Assembly (NCBI GenBank): GCA_050273025.1
Contig: CP158635.1
Coordinates: 21,266,001 to 21,330,000 of the forward strand
Length of the DNA stretch: 64,000 bases
Source: Cenococcum geophilum
Taxonomy: Eukaryota
Direction of reading: 5' to 3'
Positions 13,001 through 25,871 of this stretch are shown one piece after another. The position numbers and the translations under genes were made by a program. The notes below the pieces were generated by a model. That model was not told the DNA's origin. It did not search any database and saw nothing but the letters and a program-made list of their open reading frames with translations. Within the stretch, counting starts at the first letter, position 1; the number at the start of each line of letters is the position of its first letter.

Positions 13001-16000
13001 AAGGGGCCTTAATTATAACGTTAAAAGATTTAAAGGAGCAATTAGAGGACTGGAGAAGTGAAAGACGAATCTTAATACCTGCGAATAAAGTTATAACGCT
13101 TAGATTAATATAAGAGAAGTTTAAACTTAAGGATAAAGACAAGCTAAGAGTTAACCCAAGACACTAAGCATATTATATACTATTATAGATAGTATATATA
13201 GATAATACGTGCAATATATATAGAGCACCTAAGGACAAAAATTAGAAGTATTTAATAAGAATATATTGGATAACGGATGAGGCGAAATATTAAAATGCTA
13301 AGTATATACATAGTTGGCACCTAGTAGAAGTTTAAAAATAAGAGGACTTAATACTTTAACCAGGAAAATTCCTTACAGAAAAATGCCTAAATGGATAATA
13401 ATAGTAGGAATATCTAGAAAATACCTGTCTATGGTATATTAAAGATAAAAAGCGAACTAAGTATTGGCCTAAGTTGGACTAAGTATAACTAGGATTAAGC
13501 AGCTAATAGTTGGGAAAAGTAGAGGCTTATAAAACTAAAGGGAACTAGTAGTAGAGCCTTAGACCCTTAAAGGAATTTAAGGATAACACCTAAATTTATA
13601 AGTTAAGTGGCAAGATTAACAGTTTAAGGCATTAATAGATAGTGGAGCAATAAGGAACCATATTTTACTAGCAGCAGTTAAAAAAAATAGGGTTACTACA
13701 CAGAAAAAAGGAGTACTTTTACCTATTAGTAATAATTTTAGGAGATCTAATAGCCTATAAAGGAGGTATTGTTAATCTTAAAACAGGACCTATTTAGTTA
13801 ACTATTAAAGGGAGATAGATTAAGATGTCTTTTAATATATTACTATTAGGAAATAATAAAGCAGTATTAGGAATACCTTAGTTACAGAAATACAATCTAA
13901 AAATCGATTAGGTTATAGGTTAGGTCGATATTAAGGATACTTAACGCCGTAAGATGTAATAACAGGCCAAGTTAGTATAGTACTAAGTAGGAGCAACCTA
14001 TAAGGAAATAGAGAAGGGGTTAAGCTATATACCAAAGAGATACCATAAGTATAGTAAGAAACTATAGTCACTAAAGAGTAAAAAGCTGTTAGAGTACGTA
14101 GTATAGGATTATAAAATAGAATTAGAACTAGGAACAAGTCTAAGGTTCTTTTTAATCTATAAGCTTACTAAAGAGGAAGGTAGAGCACTTAAAGAGTTTA
14201 TTTAGGAGAACTTATAAAAGGGATATATTAGACCATCGCAGTTATTAGTAGGTTATTTAGTACTGTTCGTCCTAAAGAAAAATAGCAAGCTAAGGCTGTG
14301 TATTAACTATAGATAGTTAAACAGCATCACTAGGAAGGATAGGTATCCTTTACCCTTAATTAGCGAAATTTAAGATAGGATTGGTAATATGTAAATCTTT
14401 ACAAAGATAGATCTAAGATAGGCGTACCATTAGATTAAAATTAAGGAAGGCGATGAATAAAAGGCAGCCTTTAGGTTAAAGGAAGGACTATATAAACCAT
14501 TAGTTATACAATTCGGGCTTATAAACGCACTAGCAACGTTTTAAAAGCGAATTAATAATATATTAGGAGAATACTTAGATGAATTTGTTATAGTATATCT
14601 TAATAATATTATTATCTATTTAATAATAGAGGAAGAATATAGAGAATACGTTGAATGGGTTTTAAAGAGACTATAAGAGGAATAGATGCTAGTAGTAATT
14701 AAGAAATACGAGTTCTTTACTAGGAAGACTAATTTTATTAGATTTATTATTAAACTAGGCCAACTTAGTATAGAGCTAAAGAAGATTAAGGCTATAGTGA
14801 ATTAGTAGGAACTAGAGAACGTTATATAGTTAAGATTGTTCCTAGGGTTTTATAATTACTGCAGAAGGTTTATAGCGTAATGGTTAAAAGATATTAAACC
14901 ATTTACGCGGTTAATAAAGAAAGAAGAACTATAGGTATAGGGAAAGGAGCAATAAGAACTGTTTAAGAAAGTTAAAGAGTTATTTACCTAGGAGCTAGTT
15001 TTTAAGATCTATTAACTAGGTCTAGAGATGGTTATAAAAATAGATATATTAGACTTTACATTAGGAGTATGCTTTATATAAAAGTATCTAAATAGATGGC
15101 ACCTAGTAGCATACTATAGTTAAAAGATAACACCACTAGAGTTAAACTATAACATCTATAACAAAGAGTTATTAGGTATAGTTACAGCACTAAAGGAATA
15201 GAAAGCATTCTTATAAGGCACAGAAAAACTATTTATAGTTAAGATGGATTATAAGAACCTAATAGGATTCCTAATAAAGGAACTTAACTAAAGATAAGTT
15301 AAATAGGCAGAGATGCTTATAGAATACTATTTTAAGATTTAGCATATTAAGGGTATAGACAATACGCGGGCCGACGTACTAAGTTAAAAAGCTAAACTAT
15401 AAAATAATAAGAAGCTATTAGGGGCTTTACTACAAAAAGATATAGATAGGTTAATTAGGTATAATTATCCAAAAATTATAATAACTTAGAAAAAATTAAA
15501 GAAAGTTTATAAGTTACTAGAAAGCTTTTAGGTATAAAGAATTCTAAAAGCACAGCTAGAAGATCTATAGACGGATATATACAAAAACTAAGAAGTAAAG
15601 TATATCCTAAGAAGCATAGTAGAGCACTTTATAGAAGATTTCTATAAGGGATTAACTTAAGGACATAATAGGGCTATAGGCTTAGTGTTAAGACTCTAAA
15701 AGGAGTATATCATTAACGGAATCTAGAGGATAGCTAGGAAGGTCACTAAAGAGTATTTAAATTGCTAAAGAAATAAACTAACGAGGCATAAGCTATATAG
15801 AGGGCTATAACCTATTAAAATACCAAAGAGACTATAGGAGGTTATATTATAGGACTTTATTATAAAGTTACTAAAATTAAGAGATCCTATTACCAAATAA
15901 GATCATAACGCGATCTTAGTAATAGTGGATAAGCTTATAAAGTAGGGATACTTTATAGCATATACAGAAGAGATATTAGCAAAAGATGTCGCTAGAATCT

Positions 16001-18046
16001 ATATTAAAAAAGTATTTATAAGACATAGAGTACTAAGTAAGATTATATTAGATAGAGATCTAAGATTTATAGCAGTATTTTAGGAGGTATTCTTAGCGGA
16101 GTAAAAAGTTCGAGCAGTAACTTCTACCGTATATTATCCGCAGACAGACGGCTAAATAAAAAGATTAAATTAGACACTAGAGCAGTATCTAAGGCACTAT
16201 ATTAATCACGTATAGAATAATTAGGTATTATTATTACTAGTTATATAGTTTATATATAATACAACACCACAAAAAGGAATAGGTACGTTACTATTTAAGG
16301 CGAATTATAGATATAAGCTAAGAACATTATTATCGCCACGTTAAGTAAAGAAGATAAGTAGTATAGCTAAGCAAAGGATAGAGACACTAATAAATCTTTA
16401 TAAAAACCTTACGGAAACAGCTAAGGTAGTATAATAGAGAATAAAGAAATACTACGACGCTAAAAGATCTAAGGGACTAGATCTTAAGGAGGGAGATAAA
16501 GTATAGCTACTATATAAAAATTTTAAGAGTCGACGACTAAGTAAGAAGTTGGACTATATTAGACTAGGACCTTTCGAAATTATATAAAGAATTTCACCAG
16601 TTACATTTAAGTTAAACCTACTAGCTAAGATAAAAATCTACCCTATACAGCATATTATAATACTAGAGCTAGTATATAGGAATATTAAGCTACTAGTCTA
16701 CAAAGTAGACACGTATAGAGGACGAGAAGAAGACGAATAATAAGTTTTAAAGATTATTAGTTATAAGAACGTTAACAATAAAATATAGTATAAGGTTAAG
16801 TAGATAGGCTATAATAAGACTACCTAGGAACTACTAAAAAATTTAAAGAACGCTATAAGAAAGGTACAGGAGTATTAAAAGAGATTAGGTTAGGCAACAT
16901 TAATAAAAAAGGATTAAAAAAGGAGTTACTTAAGGGGGACCTAGGAGGAACAGCTACTGAACTATTTAGACTTGTTTTCTTTATAAGGGAGTCCGTTCTT
17001 TTATTACTAAGTTCCTACAGACCTTATTCTATAAGCTTCTACTCTTTAAAATAACCCTTTTTATAAACCTATTTAAGACGTAAAAGATAAGCAGAGGCTA
17101 GAAAACAAGTTTTAAGAGTATACTGTTAAGCGGCCGCAGCCTCTTATTCCGCCTCTCGCGATTAACGCAGTTTATTAAGGGCACTTAAGAGCTTACTATT
17201 AAGCTTTACAGCAGTAAATTAAACACGAGACCCTATAATAAATTACTTAGAAAACTTAAAGACTATTAAGAGTTATAGGACGTGTATACTTAGCGTTAGA
17301 AATAAAGCGAACATCGTAGAACAAATAAATATTTACTTTAGTGCACTCTAAATAAGAGGAAGGTTGCCGAGATAAAGGACTTACTAGCGTAACGCAAACT
17401 AACCCCTCTTTCGCACAACGAGAACACGGAGATAGTATTACTTTACCTAGCGATAGTATAACGGTGATAGTACGAGCGCGACAGGCTATAGAAGAAAGAG
17501 AAGTTACTTTTGGTATAATAAGTAATAATGTTAACTAAATTAATTAGACGGATATTATACCTCTAGTAAATAACTTAGAGATATTTAGAATCTTTAAGGA
17601 CAAAGATAAAGAGGAGGGAGATAGTGTTATAGACGCTTTAAGTACAATATTATAACTACTTAGAGAAGAGTTAAAAGAAGCTAGTTAGTTAATATAGGCA
17701 CGGTCTAGAATAGATCTGGTAGAACTATATAACGAGGAATAGTAACCAAGTCACGTAATATAATCTATATAATCTATATAATCTATATAATCCGTAATAG
17801 AGTAGATAAAGTATACGTACCTTACGTATAAGGAGGGTTTCCTAGGAGTATAGTTATATATTTAAAGGACCACAGTCCCTACTCTAGATAGTTCTTTCCT
17901 TATAGTGATTCTTAGAATACAATTAGAGTTAATCTATTAGGCAACTACTCCACCAGTTATTATTACGTTGTTAACTTACTTGCAATACCTACACACCTAG
18001 CCCAATAATGAGCCCATCGTAGTACTTGCTACAAGGTTCCGTTATA
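10048..18046 (+). mobile_element. Ty3/Gypsy chromovirus C, full length (~8.0 kb), same family as G0, D and F
   Basis: LTRs 10048-10469 and 17625-18046; TSD GGTAG at 10043-10047 and 18047-18051; PPT aaagaggagggagatag. gag from ~10509, protease ALIDSGA ~13630, RT ~14100-14900, RNase H, integrase, chromodomain ~16735-16880. Confidence 0.93.
16890..17516 (-). pseudogene. Antisense accessory gene of Gypsy C: Zn2Cys6-like cluster, 55-bp intron (17287-17233), coiled coil
   Basis: Directly readable SPCSRCAKEGLVC..SP.SRQPSS(C>Y).ECTK.N....(C>Y)DVR..S.A; branch ctaa and acceptor tag; exon 2 WSRV..AAAKLDSELSSALDELRQSREAEQEAAAA after de-RIP. Confidence 0.75.
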
Positions 18047-21000
18047 GGTAGCCCACTAATAAGTTCCTACTTCTGCAATTTTATATAATAGCTTAAGCAT
18101 AACTATAATCGTATCTTTAGGATATTGATAGCAAATTTACTCTAGAAGGTATGCCAATATTAAGCGCTAAAGGTGCGTCTCTAATTAGATATAGGCCTAG
18201 GTAATATCTTATAAATAAACCGCCATTTTATTCTTTATTAAGGAGGGAGCTAGCGTAATAATAACTTACTAACTAGCTTATTAAATTATAGGAGATTATA
18301 TAAGAATTACCTCCTTACTATTATTATTATAACCTTAGATAATAAGCCTTAATTTCTTAAATAGGGCGTTAGTAGCTTTACCTTTAATCTTATTAACTAT
18401 TCTTAACTTAAAGATACAAACTTTATTAAACTTAGTAGGGTTATATTTCTTAAATTTAAAGACTCCTCTTATAATAAGACTATCAATCTCCTACTTATTA
18501 GATGCTTAGAAAGGAGCTCTAGGGGTTATAATATAACCTTCCTTTTAGAGCTATTTTGCGAGCTTAAAGTTAGCCTTCTCCTTAGCTGTTATAAAGGCCA
18601 TTAATAACTCGACTTTATTCTTAATAGCGGTAATAAATTACGCTTTAAAATTAACAAGGTATTAACGATTTTATAATCCCTTTAGGCGACCTCTACTGCG
18701 TTATAGTTGCGGCATATCTACTATAATTATATTAGGATTGTAGTTACCTTCTAGAGTATATTAATCGTGGTTCTCCTTTAAGGTATCTTTTAGGGCATCC
18801 TATAAAGGCTTAGAACTATTATCTTTATAGTAAGGCTTAATAATAGTTAAACGGAATTAAGTAGGTCCGTAAGGCATCTAAATAGTATAAGTTTAACTAT
18901 TAATTATAATAAGTTGGTGTGGGCCTAACTACCCTCCCTTTTTACGCTATATATATACCTTAGACTAAAGTAGCAGATTAAGCGTAGTTAAGGTATTTAG
19001 GCTATTTCTTATTTCTAGTATATTATTAACCTAGCGTATAGCATAGAGACGTTATACCTCCTTTATTACCTTATAAATAGCCTTAGCTTATTATATAACG
19101 GAGGGAGATAGTAAAGAATTGTTAGTTACTTAAGGGTAGGCGCTAAAGACTAGTAATATAGGTATAAGCCTATCCGGGCTAGCGGAGTTATTAACAGCCT
19201 TAACGGCTATTTATCAGATAAGCTCTTTATTAGCGCCCTCTAGTTCTAAAGAAATAATCTTATATACGCGGCGTAACGGCGTATAATATCGCTCTACTTT
19301 TTTAATACTATTATATGCCTTAATAGGGACTTCCTTAACCTTAATTGCTATTACCTTTATCTATTATTAAAACTTTATAGATAAGAAGTTTTTTTCTACG
19401 TTATAGACGATTTAATTAGGGGGTCCTATATAAATATTAATCTAGTATAATTAAAGGGTATCCTATATATTGTTAGCTAATATATCCTTTAAGAAACGTA
19501 CGGCTTAAAAGGAGGTTAAGAAGTTAATAACTTAGAGTACTAGCTTGCCGCTAAAATATATAACGTTAATAATAATACAGAAGTTAAAGTTATAGTTATC
19601 TTTAAGGGTAAACTTAAATCGGCTAGGGGACTTTTAGTTTATTTAATAGTAATAGCAGTACTTTATAAAATACTTAATTGCCTTAACCTTAACTTTATAA
19701 CCTACTTATTAAAGAACCCTAAGCAATTAATAAATAGATAGGTGGCTAAATTAACGGTATAGTTAACGTAACTTTAACTTAGTTAGGTGGCTCTAAGTAA
19801 TACTTTTTTTTAGTTAATAAAGGAGTAACTAAGGGTAGCCCTACTTGCGTATAATAGGTACCCAATTATCTCCCTATATAAGCATATTCTTAAGGTTATC
19901 GAGCTTAACGCCTAATTTATTTATATCTCTAATATAAAATAGAAATAGAGTATTTATAGAAATAACGTGGAAAGTAATATACCCTAAGGGGGTTTAGACC
20001 CTAATTATACTAAGAGAGATTATAGTACTCTTGCTAAAACGTATTATATATTAGCCTACCGTTAATTGTTAATCTAGATAGAGGTATTAAGTTATTAAAG
20101 GGCTCGAACTTAAGGTTCTCCTACTATAAATACTCCTATAGCTCTAGTATCTGGTATAATACTATAGAAGATATTCGCAGAGTATCTATTATTAAAGAAA
20201 AACGCGGAGCTTTTCTTTAGCTTATTAAAGATATTTAACTTCGTAATAGAATATAGCGTAGATTAGTTATTAAGAATAGTAATAGTTTGTATACTATCTA
20301 CCTTACTATACTTAGTAAAGTATTGGTTAGGTAAGTAGTCCTTAATTTCTATATCTATAAGGAGCTATTTAGCCTTATTAACCTTACCCTTAAGATCTTT
20401 TATGCCTTTATATTAAACTAAGAAGCTTTAGAAGTAGGCTATAGTAACCTTATAATTTTTAACATTTCTTACACTCTAGCGAAACTTATTATATACCTCC
20501 TTTTGCTTATTAAGAGAATGCCTAGTTAACTAGTAATTCGGTTTCTTATAAACGTAGCACTTTTTTTAGCAATTACTTTAAAATAAACCTCTATAAGGAC
20601 CTCTACCTTTACCTTATAGTTATTAATTATACCCTCTACTATATTACCTACCACGGCTACTATATATTTAATTAGTCTAGTTATAATTATATTAGTTGGC
20701 TAGGTTAATTAAAGTAGGTTAAAGTTAGGCATTAAATTGCTATACTTCTTAAGAGCGTAAAGCGGTGCTAATAGAAGATCTTAATTAAGTATATACTCCT
20801 TTATAAGTATTTACAAGATTAAAGAGAGTAAGGTTATATTCTTTAACGCCTTAGTATACGCTAATAACTTAATTACGTAGGCTAAAATCCTCTTAATATA
20901 ATTTAGATAAACCATACTAAATTATTTAAAGTTAATTAAAGAGCTTTTAAAGATAATTAAGCCGAGGGACACCTAGGTTTATAGCAATAATCCTTAAAAA

Positions 21001-23763
21001 GGTAGTCTCTCTCTATTCTAATATATACTACTACTTATTCTCTTTTATTTTAAAGTAGTATCTTAACTTATATATTATGCGGTTAAAATTATATCCTTTT
21101 CCTGCTAAATAATTATAATAGAAGGTACTAGCTTAGCCCTTAAGTATAACAGAATAGGCGTTATAGTATTAATTAAACTATATTCCTACCTTCTAGTAAT
21201 AGTTCTAAAAGATACGCAATTTCAAATTAAGAACATTATATAATTCCCTGCTAAACTTCTTCTCTTAATCTAAATAGAGCTTCGCAAGCTCTATAAGTAA
21301 TTTTAAACTACCTCTAATTTAAGATTAAGATAGAGGAAGTAGGAGTTACATTATAGGCTGTAGTAGGGACTTAGGTTAAGTCGGTGGAGTTTAAAAGTTA
21401 TTAAATTATAAAGCAATAGGATCCTATGCCTGCTTTTATTAGGGTATAGTATCTAAAGTTAAAGTTATAGGTTAGATTAGATATAGAGGAGTTAAAGGTA
21501 GAAATAGATTCGTCTCTAGAGGTATATTACTTAGATTCTATTATAAGTTAAGCTTCCTTATAGTGCGTAGTTAATACTTAACCTCTTATTAAGTCCATTT
21601 ATGCTCTTCTTTTACATTAATAACCTACTCCTAAATATTATCTTTAATAGTATTCCCGTCCATAGGCATAAACACTCTATACTCCCGTAAGAAGTTATAA
21701 AAGTCTTATATAATATCCTCCTTTATAGGAGTCTATATTCCCTTTATCTATTTAATAAAGTCCTCCCTTATATAGTACCATAGTATAGTATTATTATATT
21801 CACTGTCTTTATAGTATACTATACGGTATAATAGAAATCCGTTTAAGTCTTACTAATTAATATCTTTAAGGTTAGTTATATCGGTATTCTATATCTCTAG
21901 GTTAATATCTTTCTTATACTTCTTTAGGTAGGTTAACGCTATAATAAAATCTATAAAGGTATACGGAGGGTATTAAGGTAGTTATTTAACGCGTTTTAAT
22001 AAAAAGATTAAGGAAAATAAGGGTTGTTTAACGTGTAATTAGGTAGTAATTATAATTCTATAGTCTATAAAGGTACATAAAGGGTATTAAGGTAGTTATT
22101 TTTAACGCGTTTTAGATATTAACTTAGGACTTTAGGTTTAGTGACACTTCTAACCTAAAGTACTTAACTAAATCTTTATAAACGTGGTTGTTCTATATAA
22201 TAAACGCAACTTAGTATCTCCTAGTACTTAATAACACTTCTATTACTAGTTTTTCGTAAGTATAGTATCGCCGGGATCTATTCCATATAAGCGCATGTAG
22301 CACCCCTATATAAGACTGTCTCTTCTATTTAAAAACCTAGCTGCTCTATAGTTAACTATATATTTAACCACTAATTAGTGTTAGTTATATAGGGTGACTC
22401 ACCAATAACAACTACTTAAGTAGGTTATAGTGATATTAGTTAAAAAGCTTGCTTCTTTATTGACGGAGGGCGAGGAGCTTAAGGCTCCTCGCCATGCTAG
22501 TGCCGCGGCGATACGTGACGACCGCTTGCCTTATTCCCGACAATAATAAAAGTAATTTAATAGGAAAACGGTAATATAGGGATAGTATACTCGCTAAATA
22601 TAAAATCTATAATAATCGGTTATATTATTAATAGAAGAGAGTAGTCCCAAATTCTAAAACCTTATAATTTAAGATACTTAAATTTATATGCAACTCTCCT
22701 ATAATAGGATATGCTAGCCGTATAAAGATATATAAGATAATTTAATAAGCGTATTACTGGCCTATAATATATAACTACGTGTAAAAATATATAAGTAGAT
22801 AGAATGTACGTATGTAAGAAGACTTCTTACATAAAAAAAATAGGGAGTACTTTAACCGTTGCTAATTCTAATGCAAAGATAGCAAGATATCTTAATTAAC
22901 TTTATAGTCGACTTGCCTAGCAGTAATAGGTTTATAAATATTATGGTAATTATTAACTATTTTATAAAAATACGATATATAATTCCTATAGACTCTATTA
23001 ATACAATATTAGTAGCCGAATGTTTTATTAAATACGTCTTTAGGCTATATAGACTTTTTAATTTAATAATATCCGACTAAGAAAGCTAGTTCGTTTTAGA
23101 CTTTTGGCAAGCCTTATATAAATAATTAGATATATAAACACGACTCTTTACTATATTTTACCTAAAGATAGATAGCTAAACCAAAATTATAAACGCGATT
23201 ATAGAGTAATATCTATAAATATACTACTTCTACCTATAGGGCGACTAAGAAAAGTAGCTGCCTTTAGCTAAGTTTACTGCGAATAATATAATAAACATAT
23301 TAATAGGCGTAACGCCGTTCTACGCAACCTATAAATAAAACCCCTAACTTATATTTAAATTATAACCCAAAATTAATATAATAGGACCTATAATTAAACG
23401 GATTTAGTTAATTAAATAAAGTAGTTAACAGAACTATTATAAAGTAAATTAGTATATACTTAAGTAGTATGGAAATGGCATATAAATAAGGGATAAGCTC
23501 CTACGTAGGACTTTAAGGAAGATAATATAGTTTATTTAAATATACGAAACCTAAAGACCTAACGGCCCTTAAAAAACTTAATTAGAAGTTTGTGGGCCTA
23601 TATAGAATTAAGAAGAAACTAAGCCCATATACCTATAAACTTAAACTATTAACTAAAATAAAAATATACCCGGCGTTTTATATAAGCTTACTATAACCTT
23701 TAAAAGGTAAACCTATAATACGCAAAGTGCCGCCGCCACCTCCTATAATTATTAATAATAGTA

Positions 23764-25871
23764 CGGAGGTAGCGGTCAAAAGTTCCTAGCCCCCCCTGCG
23801 CCATCAATGCGCCACCAATACGCCACAAATTTCTTTCTTGGCGTTCCGAATTAGGAAGGAGGCTAGTACGGAAGATGGATTTTGGCTCTCTATGACGAGA
23901 GTGTAGATATAAAACATCATGGTGGTAATATATAGGATTACTGCTTCTGCCCACTAGCTAGCCCACCACCTCGTCCACCACCTTGTCCACCACCTCGCCC
24001 ACCACCTCGCCCACCACCTCGCCGTGGCTTCTTTCCTTTCGATGACTCAGCCTGCTGCTGCTGTAGCTCCTGCTGCTGTTGTGGCTCTTGTTTGGGCTCA
24101 ATAAACGTCTTATTAAGTAGCTCAATTAGCAGGCAGCGTCATAGGTTCCGTCGTGGCTCCGGAGGTAGAGCTTAAGGCGGTTTAGGAGGTGATTCAGGAG
24201 GTGGCTCTAGAGGCTCTTGGGGTGGCTCTTGGGGTGGTTCTTAAGGTAGCCCATAAGCTTCTTATATCGCGAAGATAGCAGTAAGAGCAGCGCCAGCAGT
24301 GCTCTTAGCTACTGGTGCCTTCTTTAGAGCACGTCGTCGTGGCTTTAGCTGCGGCTCTTCCTCCTTAATATTAAATATATCCTCCTAATTATGCTACGGA
24401 ACTTAGTATTCTAATAGCCCTAGTTAACATGGCTTATCTAATAAGTCTTCGCGATACTCGTTGCCTCCTTTAAGCCTTATTATCTCCTATATATAGCAAG
24501 GGATCCTCTTAATTCAACGCTGGATTCGCCACTGCTCTAGCTCCCTCTATACTTTATACCAGGCTTTCTTAGTAGGCTTTTAAGCTATAAGGGCGCCCTT
24601 CTTAGTAGTAACTCTCTTAAGGTATGGCCACGCTGGCTTTATTATATTTATATCGGGCGAATTACTATATTAGGTAAGGCGTTAAACTTCTACAGCGCTT
24701 ATTAAAAGGTCGTAATACTTAGCAACGTAAGCGGGAGTCTTATCTTCTTAAATTAGCGTATTTAGAAGATTCTTTTAGTAAGCTTAAGCAAACGGAATTA
24801 GCTTTAGTGTAAGAATAAACGTTATATAGCGATACTAATTAACTCCTTTACCACTACCTTTTATAAGCTTACCGTAACTTTTATCCCATTTCCATATAGA
24901 TTTCTTACCTATAAAATTTCGTATTCCCGTTCTCCTTATAGCAGTTATAAGCTCCCATTCTGTTCTTACAATAGGTTTAAGTTCGGCGTTAATTTTAATA
25001 AGATTAGCTGTTGCAGTAGCTTATTATTATATTATCTTAACGGTCCAAATATAGTAGGGGCCCTTTCTATAATATAAGAAGCTGCCCTAGAATATAAACT
25101 TTAAATAGCCCTTCTACTAAGGTCTTATTGTAGATCTAAGAAAGCGTTCTTTTGGCTGCCTCTATACGTAATAGCCTTTAAGGCAATAACTAAGAATAAC
25201 TAAAGTCTTATTGCTCTAGATAACGTTTATCTAATCCTCTAAAGTCTAGTCCTTATAGCGAAGGCAGAACTTAAGCCTATCCTTCTTTATCTGCGCTGAA
25301 AGACCGGGCTTATAAGTAGCCTTAGTCTTACGGAAGTTCTGCGATTTAAGGATTCGCTATATAGTTCCGGCACTAAGATCGGTATTAAAAGCAAGTCGCT
25401 TAGTACTCTTTTCCCTACTATAGCGGTCATAACGAACCTTCTTAATAACTTCTTAAATCTTAGTAGATGTATATTTAGTTAGACGACCTAATTAAGGTGC
25501 ATCTCTAAGGTAAATATTAAGAATTGTGCGGCTTTTGGTCTCGTCAAAGCCGCGTTTCCCTGCTTCTTAGATGACCGATTTAATGCGGGAGACGCTTATT
25601 CTAGTAGCGGCTTAAATATCGGCATTTATGCTGCTATAAATCTTTATAGTAAGGGCCTAAGCCCTTATACAGATGTTGTATAAGTTACCTATTACAAATA
25701 GTAAGATATAATAAGGATTTAATGTATTTTAAAAGCTTATAGAGTATATTAAGGGGAGAGTCGCATATATCGCAACCCCGCAGTGCGCGCCAAGCATCGC
25801 TTACGCCATACTAAGCCACTAAAGGCTAGCGCACATCTGGGGGGGGCCAGGAACTTTTAACCGCTACTTCG
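23764..25871 (-). mobile_element. Tc1/mariner DNA transposon (~2.1 kb) inserted between integrase and chromodomain of Gypsy A
   Basis: TA on both sides (23762-3, 25872-3). ~32-bp imperfect TIRs cggaggtagcggtcaaaagttcctagccccccc vs reverse complement cgaagtagcggttaaaagttcctggccccccc. Confidence 0.9.
23938..25692 (-). pseudogene. Tc1-family DDE transposase (RIP-inactivated) with long low-complexity C-terminal tail
   Basis: De-RIP motifs QEDK.PA, WCGNSPDMNMIEPAWPYLKR, GGNEYRE. Continues into Pro/Gln-rich sequence and ends KKPRRGGGRGGGRGGGQGGGRGGG..QKQ* (one apparent frameshift in the tail). Confidence 0.8.

Larger units (their letters stand above)
8535..22542 (-). mobile_element. Ty1/Copia B, full length, inserted in pol of Gypsy A and itself interrupted by Gypsy C
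   Basis: 164-bp LTRs 8535-8698 and 22379-22542; TSD ATAAT at 8530-8534 and 22543-22547. Minus-strand de-RIP RT motifs PGAPFQASDKQEIDGL..GVF and EKSRLIIQGYND..LTQSPTIQRASQR (~18250-18530); integrase ~19000-19750; Copia domain order. Confidence 0.9.

Noticed and set aside
12534..14137. Short hydrophobic minus-strand ORFs in Gypsy C, and similar ORFs at 45736, 49138, 49787
   Set aside because: Antisense to RIP-mutated gag/pol; Leu/Ile/Tyr richness reflects AT bias. The + ORF at 49857-50054 is only a surviving RT fragment.
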